From Intestinibacter sp. (GTDB taxonomy: Bacteria > Bacillota > Clostridia > Peptostreptococcales > Peptostreptococcaceae), in NCBI RefSeq assembly GCF_034113885.1, contig NZ_JAXEWM010000138.1:1652-25651 (forward strand): a stretch of DNA of 24,000 bases, in the 5' to 3' direction. The notes beneath the pieces were generated by a model, which was not told where the DNA came from, made no database searches, and was given only the letters and a program-made list of their open reading frames with translations. Made by a program: the position numbers and the translations under genes. Below, piece by piece: positions 15,986-24,000 of the stretch (position 1 is the stretch's first letter; each line of letters opens with the position of its first letter).

Positions 15986-16008
15986 ATTAAATAAAATTAA
16001 ATAAAATT
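15986..16008. repeat. Tandem 10-nt A/T repeat (ATTAAATAAA x 2.3)
   Basis: ATTAAATAAA occurs at 15986-15995 and again at 15996-16005, followed by ATT. The A-tracts are phased at about 10 bp, which suggests intrinsic DNA curvature. Confidence 0.7.
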
Positions 16009-16143
16009 TTAATAATCATAGTCAATATTCATAGGCATTTACAAATACTCATAAAGATATGGAGGGTCTTTTCTAAAGTACATACCGTAGTAATTCATTT
16101 AAAAAGAAAATTTAATAATTTTTGGAGAGATATTAGTTGGTTT

Positions 16144-16163
16144 TATTTTTGTGCAAATAAACA
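16144..16163 (+). repeat. Direct repeat 1 upstream of the TROVE gene (TATTTTTGTGCAAATAAACA)
   Basis: 18/20 nt are identical to 16188-16207, and the first 15 nt are perfect. TAGTATAG follows at 16175-16182. Confidence 0.8.
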
Positions 16164-16187
16164 GAGATTTTGCATAGTATAGATGTG

Positions 16188-16207
16188 TATTTTTGTGCAA
16201 ATTTACA
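16188..16207 (+). repeat. Direct repeat 2 upstream of the TROVE gene (TATTTTTGTGCAAATTTACA)
   Basis: 18/20 nt are identical to 16144-16163. TAGTATAG follows at 16210-16217, and TATAGT (16213-16218) is a possible -10. Confidence 0.8.
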
Positions 16208-16241
16208 ACTAGTATAGTTTTTATTCAAGGAGGCCAGGAAT

Positions 16242-17903
16242 ATGAGTAAAATGAGCAAAGAAGTAAAAAAAATAACAAAAGAAAATTCTAATAAGGAAAA
16301 AGGTAGAGTAGAAAACTTTATGGGTGGATATTCTTATGAAATAAATCCTTTAGATACTATGAAGATGGTGACTGCATCATCTATATTTGGTGAGCCACAG
16401 TATTATATAGATGGGAAATTCTGTGAGTCAGGTTTAAAAAGAGAAATTAGAAATTCGATACACCGTTTGTTTGCACCTTATTCAGTGTTTGATATTTCAT
16501 TAGTAAGTGATAAAACTACTAAGGAAATAATGGAAGAGGTTATCGATGATGCTTTGGAGTATGATTTTGAAGCGACTTTGAGATGGGCTAAGACCTTGAG
16601 AGAGGATTATTTTATGAGATTAAATCCTCAGGTAATAATGGTAAGAGCAGCTATGTCAAAGTATAGAGCTGAGTTTACTGAAAAACATCCAGGGCTGTTT
16701 GATGAGATAAATCAAAGTGTTATGAGAAGATGTGATGATCCACTAAGTCAGTTGACTTACTACTTATATATAAACAAATCTAAAAATAATTTACCAGGAA
16801 TTTTAAAAAAATCAATAAAAAAGAGACTAGAAAAGGCTCGTGCCTATGAATTGAAAAAATATAAAAATAAGGAAATAGGTGTGATAGATGCAGTTAGAAT
16901 AACTCATGCAAATAGTAAGATTATAGATGAGCTTATGCAAACTGGCAATATAGAGGTCGAAGAAAACGATTTAACTTGGGAAAATCTAAGAGCAGGTGGC
17001 AAGTCGTGGACTGAAATTTTAGATACTATAAAAATGAATCATATGGCGCTTCTTAGAAATTTAAGAGGAATTTTTAAAGAAATAGATGATTTAGAAAAAA
17101 CTAAAGAAATTATGGAAAACTTGAAAAAAGGTGTTAAAGGTGGTAAACAATTTCCATTTAGATATATGAGTGCTTACAATGCTGTAGAAATAGATCGCAA
17201 TGTAAACAATAAGGGAGTAATTTTAGATGGATTAAATGAATGCTTGGATATTGCGTGTGATAACTTACCTAAGTTAAAGGGTAAATCAGCGTTTCTATCA
17301 GATAATTCAGGCTCCGCCTGGGGAACTTGCACATCAGAATTTGGGAAAGTTACAGTTGGGGAAATCGACAACCTAAGCTCAATGATAGGAGCTGTAAACT
17401 CTGATGATGGACATGTATTCGCCTTCGGCGACGAATTGATAGAGTATCCAGTTTCAAAAAGAACTGGCATCTTAACTCAATCTAAACATATGTCTAAATC
17501 AGCACGAAAAGATGTAGGATTTGCTACAGAAAATGGTATATGGATATTTTTCAGAGATGCGATAAATAAAAAGCAGCATTGGGATAATATATTCATATAT
17601 TCAGATATGCAAGCAGGTCATGGCAGTCTTTATGGTACATCAAAAGGTATTGAAGAATACAGAAATCAAGGATATTGTATAGACCGATATATAGGATATG
17701 TGGATGTGGCGAAATTAATCGAGGATTATAGAAAATATGTAAACCCTAAGGTAAATGTATTCTCAATTCAGACAGCAGGCTACAAAAATGTAGCAGTTCC
17801 AGAATATGGATATAGAACTAATATACTTTATGGATGGACTGGAAAAGAGCTAGTATTTGCCGATACCATGATAAAAATGTGGGATGAAATTGATAGTCGC
17901 TAA
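16242..17903 (+). CDS. TROVE-domain + vWA protein, Ro60 (Rsr)-like RNA-binding protein
   Basis: AAGGAGG lies 8 nt before the ATG. Three matches to human Ro60, quoted from my memory of that sequence: SSIFGEPQYYI (cf. FGSEGGTYYI), HMALLRNLRG (cf. LTALLRNLGK), FPFRYMSAY (cf. HPFHILIAL). The C-terminal vWA domain has the MIDAS motif DNSGS and a later IYSDMQ. Confidence 0.8.
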   Translation: MSKMSKEVKKITKENSNKEKGRVENFMGGYSYEINPLDTMKMVTASSIFGEPQYYIDGKFCESGLKREIRNSIHRLFAPYSVFDISLVSDKTTKEIMEEVIDDALEYDFEATLRWAKTLREDYFMRLNPQVIMVRAAMSKYRAEFTEKHPGLFDEINQSVMRRCDDPLSQLTYYLYINKSKNNLPGILKKSIKKRLEKARAYELKKYKNKEIGVIDAVRITHANSKIIDELMQTGNIEVEENDLTWENLRAGGKSWTEILDTIKMNHMALLRNLRGIFKEIDDLEKTKEIMENLKKGVKGGKQFPFRYMSAYNAVEIDRNVNNKGVILDGLNECLDIACDNLPKLKGKSAFLSDNSGSAWGTCTSEFGKVTVGEIDNLSSMIGAVNSDDGHVFAFGDELIEYPVSKRTGILTQSKHMSKSARKDVGFATENGIWIFFRDAINKKQHWDNIFIYSDMQAGHGSLYGTSKGIEEYRNQGYCIDRYIGYVDVAKLIEDYRKYVNPKVNVFSIQTAGYKNVAVPEYGYRTNILYGWTGKELVFADTMIKMWDEIDSR

Positions 17904-17924
17904 TATAAAAAAGGATGTGATTAG

Positions 17925-18767
17925 ATGTATAAAATGTATGGAACAATAATCGGGGATATAGCTGGTTCTACATATGAATTTAAAAATATAAAATACAGCC
18001 TAGATCGTAAAGATTTGATAAATAAAAGAAGTGAGTTTACTGATGATACTGTTATGGCTTTGGCAGTTGCAAAGGGAATTTACAATGTGATTAAAGATGA
18101 TGATAATAAAAAATCACTTGATATAATAGGCAACAAGGATAGACAAGATGATTTGTATTTATCTATACAAAAGGAGATGCAGGATTTTGGTAGAATATAC
18201 CCAAATGCAGGATATGGAGGAAGCTTTATTCAGTGGATACATTCTGAAAATCCTAAGCCATACAACAGTTGGGGAAATGGCTCAGCTATGAGAGTTGCGT
18301 ATTGTGGTTGGATAGCAAATTCCTTAGAGGAGGCAGAGCTTTTAGCTGAGATATCAGCAAAAATAACGCACGATCATTTTGAAGGGATAAAGGGAGCTAA
18401 AGTAGTAGCTGGATGTATATTCTTGCTTAGAAACGGAGCTACTAAGCAAGAAATTAAAGATTATGCATCTAAGTACTACTATTTAGATTTTACACTAGAT
18501 GAAATCAGACCAATTTATAAATTTGATGTAAGCTGTCAAGGCTCTGTACCACAAGCCATAACCGCATTTCTAGAAGGAGAGGATTTCTGCAGCGTAATAT
18601 CAAAGGCGATATCAATAGGCGGTGACAGTGATACGATAGCTGCTATAGCTGGTAGTATAGCTGAGGCTTTTTACGAAATACCAGATTTTCTGTACAATAG
18701 ATCTATAGATAAGCTAGATGATTTTTTATTAGATGTTTTATATGATATCAACCAGATTTTAGATTAA
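17925..18767 (+). CDS. ADP-ribosylglycohydrolase (ARH/DraG family)
   Basis: Family motifs: GDIAGSTYEF, FTDDTVMALAVA, GNGSAMRVA, GGDSDTIAAIAGSIAEAFY. The metal-binding acidic residues are present. The start lies 21 nt after the TROVE stop, with no terminator between the two genes. Confidence 0.85.
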   Translation: MYKMYGTIIGDIAGSTYEFKNIKYSLDRKDLINKRSEFTDDTVMALAVAKGIYNVIKDDDNKKSLDIIGNKDRQDDLYLSIQKEMQDFGRIYPNAGYGGSFIQWIHSENPKPYNSWGNGSAMRVAYCGWIANSLEEAELLAEISAKITHDHFEGIKGAKVVAGCIFLLRNGATKQEIKDYASKYYYLDFTLDEIRPIYKFDVSCQGSVPQAITAFLEGEDFCSVISKAISIGGDSDTIAAIAGSIAEAFYEIPDFLYNRSIDKLDDFLLDVLYDINQILD

Positions 18768-18780
18768 TAAAAATAAAGAG

Positions 18781-18813
18781 CTGAGTCCAAATTCAATAGG
18801 ATTCAGTTTTTTT
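18781..18813 (+). terminator. Intrinsic terminator closing the TROVE-ARH operon
   Basis: CTGAGTCC (18781-18788) pairs with GGATTCAG (18799-18806), 8 bp with one G-U wobble, followed by TTTTTTT. Confidence 0.75.
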
Positions 18814-18858
18814 GTATAAATTTCTTACATTGTAAACTATAATAATATATAAATATAA

Positions 18859-20388
<1,530 letters not shown>

Positions 20389-20454
20389 AGTAACAATTCG
20401 AGCATAATAAAAATAAAATAGTATACGCGAAATGTAAAGAGGAGGAATGACATC

Positions 20455-21384
20455 ATGATATTACCAAAAAGACTAAAAAAAGGCGACACTATAGGAATTG
20501 TGGCTCCTTCAGGTCATTTACGTGAAGCTAAGATAGAGGACGTTGAAAAATCTTTGATAGATAGAGGATACAAAGTGAAAATTTACGAAAGCTGTTATAG
20601 CGTAGACAGAGGCTACTTATCAGGAAACGATGAATTGAGAGCTAAATGTCTGCAAGAGGCGTTTGCGGATGAAAATATAGACGCGGTTTTCTGCATAAGA
20701 GGTGGATATGGAGCTGCTAGGATATTGGATTTAATCGATTTTGATATTATCAGAAATAATCCGAAGATATTTCTAGGATTGTCCGATATAACAGCGCTTC
20801 ACATTGCGTTTAACCAAAAATGCGATTTGGTTACTTACCATGGACCTGTGGCGAGAAGATTTGTCGATATGGACGATTACACAGAAAGGTCTCTATTAAA
20901 AAACATAGCTACAGATGAAAGAATAAATTTCGAAAACCCTGAAGGCGAAGAAATATTTACATTATATGAAGGAAAATGTCAAGGTCAAATCGTGGGTGGA
21001 AATTTGAGTTTGATAAATACATCTTTGGGAACAGAATACGAAATAGATACTAAGGACAAAATCCTATTTATAGAAGAGACTAGTGAATATGTATATAATG
21101 TAGACAAAATGATAAATCACCTCCACATGGCTGGCAAATTTAGAGATTGCAAGGGGATAATATTCGGTGATTTCAAGGATTGCAGAAAGGTCAGAGACGA
21201 GGATTGGGCAGTCGAGGATATAGTAAACGAAATCGCCCAGAGATACAAAAAGCCTACAATCTACAACCTGCAAACAGGTCACTGCATCCCAGTCGGTACA
21301 ATACCTCTAGGTGCAATGTGTTATCTAGATGCTACTAATAAAAAGGTAGAATTTGACTATTCAAATTGCTCATGTGTAAAATAA
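20455..21384 (+). CDS. LD-carboxypeptidase (peptidase S66, LdcA/MccF-like)
   Basis: RBS GAGGAGG. Motifs: GDTIGIVAPSG, IRGGYGAARIL, GLSDITALH (nucleophile Ser), FIEETSE, and TGH near the C-terminus. Confidence 0.85.
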   Translation: MILPKRLKKGDTIGIVAPSGHLREAKIEDVEKSLIDRGYKVKIYESCYSVDRGYLSGNDELRAKCLQEAFADENIDAVFCIRGGYGAARILDLIDFDIIRNNPKIFLGLSDITALHIAFNQKCDLVTYHGPVARRFVDMDDYTERSLLKNIATDERINFENPEGEEIFTLYEGKCQGQIVGGNLSLINTSLGTEYEIDTKDKILFIEETSEYVYNVDKMINHLHMAGKFRDCKGIIFGDFKDCRKVRDEDWAVEDIVNEIAQRYKKPTIYNLQTGHCIPVGTIPLGAMCYLDATNKKVEFDYSNCSCVK

Positions 21385-21461
21385 GTTTGATTAATTATAC
21401 GTTTTGTAATAAAATGGAAATATTAACTTAAAGAAGTGTATCAAAGCAATTAGGGGGAAAA

Positions 21462-22175
21462 ATGGAAAAAATTACAACAATATTATTTGATTTAGATGGA
21501 ACACTAATTCCTTTTGATCAGGAGGAATTTATAAAAGCTTATTTTTATAATTTAGCAAAAAAATTTGTACCTATGGGATACGATAATGATTTACTTATAA
21601 AATCTATATGGGCAGGAACAGGAAGCATGGTTAAAAACGATGGAAAGGTCACTAACCAAGAGGCATTTAAAGTTACATTCTCAAAATTAATGCAAAGAGA
21701 ATACGATGAAATGGAACAAAGCTTCCTTGATTTTTACGCAAATGAATTCGATAATGCAAAATCTACACTACAAGAAGACGTAGATAGATCAGAATTTATA
21801 AAAGCTCTAAAAGACAAAGGAGTAAAGGTAGTTTTAGCTACAAACCCAATATTCCCAAAGGTAGCTGTTCAAACTAGACTTAACTGGATTGGCTTGAAAT
21901 TAGAGGATTTCGACTATGTGACTACCTTCGAAAACAGCCACTACTGTAAGCCAAACTTAGATTATTATAGAGAAATTTTCGAAAAAATCGGTTCTAATCC
22001 AAATGAATCTATAATGGTCGGAAATAATGCACTAGAAGATATGATATCTGGTGAGCTAGGTGTTAAGACTTATTTGGTTACAGATAATCTTGAAAATCCT
22101 AATAAGGTCGATATAGATCAGTTTGAAAATGGAAGCTTTGATTTTATAGCTGATAAAATTTTAGAAGTAATTTAA
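21462..22175 (+). CDS. HAD-superfamily hydrolase
   Basis: RBS GGGGGA. Motif I is LFDLDGTL. LATNP (motif II-like) and GNNALEDM (motif IV-like) are also present. Confidence 0.8.
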   Translation: MEKITTILFDLDGTLIPFDQEEFIKAYFYNLAKKFVPMGYDNDLLIKSIWAGTGSMVKNDGKVTNQEAFKVTFSKLMQREYDEMEQSFLDFYANEFDNAKSTLQEDVDRSEFIKALKDKGVKVVLATNPIFPKVAVQTRLNWIGLKLEDFDYVTTFENSHYCKPNLDYYREIFEKIGSNPNESIMVGNNALEDMISGELGVKTYLVTDNLENPNKVDIDQFENGSFDFIADKILEVI

Positions 22176-22194
22176 AAAAGTTAAAAATTATATT

Positions 22195-22248
22195 GAAAAA
22201 AAGTATGTTACAAAATAATTTAAAATTTATTTTGTAACATACTTTTTT
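22195..22248. terminator. Bidirectional intrinsic terminator (perfect 17-bp stem flanked by an A-run and a T-run)
   Basis: AGTATGTTACAAAATAA (22201-22217) pairs with TTATTTTGTAACATACT (22226-22242). AAAAAA lies upstream and TTTTTT downstream. Confidence 0.8.
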
Positions 22249-22392
22249 TAATGAAATAAGTATTTTGATTATTAAATTTATTGTCGTTAAATTAATTTTT
22301 TTGTTAAAATTAAAGGAAAAATTAATAATTAAAACGAAATATAAAATATATTAGCGAGTATATTAGTATATACAAAAGAGGTGAATTTTTTA

Positions 22393-23874
22393 GTGAGGGA
22401 TAAAATAATTTCAATTTTAAAAACAAAAGTATATATATATGATAAAAAACTTTCTTATTTTTTGGATGATATAGAAAAAATTTATGATATAGTTCAAAGT
22501 AAAATATTAGATATTGATTGTAAAAATAATATATTAGTTTCATCAGAAAGAATAGGTATAGATGTATGTTTATTAGTTATTGTAGCTATTAATACATATC
22601 TTGAAGATTTAAAAAATTATAATAATAATATAGTATCTAACTTAAAAACAGATCAAGTTGTTATGTATAAAGGAAGAAAATATAAATACAAAGGTTGTGA
22701 AGTTGATAAAAGTGGTTATTTTAAAGATACTGAATATATAGTATTAGAAGCTAGGAATGGTATTCAAAAAATATTCAAAAGTGATGCATACAAATTAACA
22801 CGATATTTTGGTAAATCAGAAAAGTTAGATAAAATGGGAAAAAATAATGAGAGTAAAGAAGGAAGAAAATTAATTAGTAAATTACTTGATTTAGATATTA
22901 ATCAATTAGTTGGTGTTTTAAATCAACAAATATTAGTAGTATTTAAGAGTAAAAAATATATGCAACATATTTTAGAAAATTTAAAAATTGAAATAAATCA
23001 ACAAAAGTATGAATTTGGAACAGTATTTCCTGCAAGATATTATAGTGATATAGATAATTTTATTGATATTAAAGGAAATAAACTTCATTTACAAAATATA
23101 TTTTTGTTTACATCAAGATTTGATGTGGCAGATTTATTAATAGGTGAATACAGTAATTGTAATAAATTAATTTTATTGGAGGAAGAATCTTATTATAAAT
23201 CAATTTCTATAATAGAAGATTATATTTTAGATGAAGAACAACTTGAAAAAGTTATATTTTATAATACATACAATCATATAGATAGGATTGTAAATTTAAT
23301 TGAAAATGATGCAAGTGTATATGCAATAGGTGAAAAAGAAAATTTAAAGGTTAAGAATATTTTGGTAGAATCAAGTAAAATAAACGGTTTGTTATATATT
23401 ACAAAAACGCAACTAAAAAATTTATTAAAGCCAGAATTTGATTTTGTAAAAAAAGATGAGTTTATAAAAAATACTTTTAAGCTACTTAAAATTTTTCAAT
23501 TAATATGTATTCCAATAAATAAATTTAATGAAAAGTATATTATAGACAGAGGAATTAAAATTATAAATAAAATAACTGAAAATACTTATCAATATACTAC
23601 AATTTATGAGAAATTAAAATGTATATGTGAAAATCTACGTGATTTATATGATTTATTATATACTTCTAATCCTAAATTAAATATTCTAGAATATATTTCA
23701 GACAAGAATTCCACTATTATATTAAATAATAATTCTGAAATTGAATTTATAAGTAAAAATAAAAAAATAAAATTTAAAAAATTAGAGAGTATAAATAATT
23801 TAAACAATTTAAAATTACAGAATCAAAAATTGATATTTATGTCATTTTATAATAATAAATACACCACTTTATAA
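22393..23874 (+). CDS. Hypothetical protein, very AT-rich and Lys/Asn/Ile-rich, no motif recognised
   Basis: It is a long uninterrupted ORF. The track start GTG 22381 overlaps the RBS AAAGAGGTGA (22375-22384), so the in-frame GTG 22393, 9 nt downstream, is preferred. I found no P-loop, nuclease or HTH signature by eye. Confidence 0.55.
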   Translation: MRDKIISILKTKVYIYDKKLSYFLDDIEKIYDIVQSKILDIDCKNNILVSSERIGIDVCLLVIVAINTYLEDLKNYNNNIVSNLKTDQVVMYKGRKYKYKGCEVDKSGYFKDTEYIVLEARNGIQKIFKSDAYKLTRYFGKSEKLDKMGKNNESKEGRKLISKLLDLDINQLVGVLNQQILVVFKSKKYMQHILENLKIEINQQKYEFGTVFPARYYSDIDNFIDIKGNKLHLQNIFLFTSRFDVADLLIGEYSNCNKLILLEEESYYKSISIIEDYILDEEQLEKVIFYNTYNHIDRIVNLIENDASVYAIGEKENLKVKNILVESSKINGLLYITKTQLKNLLKPEFDFVKKDEFIKNTFKLLKIFQLICIPINKFNEKYIIDRGIKIINKITENTYQYTTIYEKLKCICENLRDLYDLLYTSNPKLNILEYISDKNSTIILNNNSEIEFISKNKKIKFKKLESINNLNNLKLQNQKLIFMSFYNNKYTTL

Positions 23875-23880
23875 GAAAAT

Positions 23881-24000
23881 CTAACTTGCTAAGTCATCTA
23901 AACCTTTAAATGGGCGCAAATAGCTTATGTGAGATAGATTTTCTTTAATTTCCTCTATTTTCAACAACTTGCTAAAAATTAATTCCTTCTTTATGTTTTC
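23881..24000 (-). CDS. 3' end of a minus-strand gene continuing past the right edge (unknown function)
   Basis: The reverse complement reads ENIKKELIFSKLLKIEEIKENLSHISYLRPFKGLDDLAS followed by a stop (TAG = complement of 23881-23883). This is the only minus frame open to the edge. It is convergent with the previous ORF, whose stop lies 6 nt away. Confidence 0.35.
   Translation of the reverse strand, partial: ENIKKELIFSKLLKIEEIKENLSHISYLRPFKGLDDLAS

Noticed and set aside
22322-22543. Minus-strand ORF of 73 aa overlapping the start of the AT-rich orphan gene
   Set aside because: It is low-complexity (Tyr/Phe/Leu/Lys/Ile) translation of AT-rich DNA, has no RBS, and overlaps a much longer + strand ORF.

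Overview
This is a low-GC, Clostridia-like Firmicutes chromosome segment with AGGAGG-type ribosome-binding sites. All confident genes lie on the + strand. From left to right it contains five blocks. (1) A two-component system: a cupin/PocR sensor kinase running off the left edge, an alpha/beta hydrolase and an AraC-type response regulator, followed by an unusual HTH regulator. (2) An M20D amidohydrolase / AbgT-family transporter / M20D amidohydrolase cassette. (3) A one-carbon and amino-acid block: canonical glyA, a type-III PLP decarboxylase, a flavin-reductase-rubredoxin fusion and a second, divergent SHMT paralogue. The decarboxylase and the second SHMT share a 58-nt upstream block built around a perfect 21-bp palindrome. 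(4) An accessory stretch of about 4.7 kb (14.1-18.8 kb). It holds an IS1595-like transposase-like gene whose DDE positions look substituted, then about 730 nt of non-coding DNA with a near-consensus promoter and two paralogous structured-RNA modules. After that comes a two-gene operon encoding a TROVE/vWA (Ro60-like) protein and an ADP-ribosylglycohydrolase. (5) glpK, an LD-carboxypeptidase and a HAD hydrolase, then a bidirectional terminator and an extremely AT-rich orphan gene convergent with a partial gene at the right edge. The best candidate for something new is the Ro60-like / ADP-ribosylglycohydrolase pair with its upstream candidate Y-like RNAs. Secondary leads are the shared palindromic operator, the divergent SHMT, an orphan promoter-to-terminator small RNA upstream of glyA, and the AT-rich orphan locus. 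All calls rest on reading motifs by eye; no searches were run.
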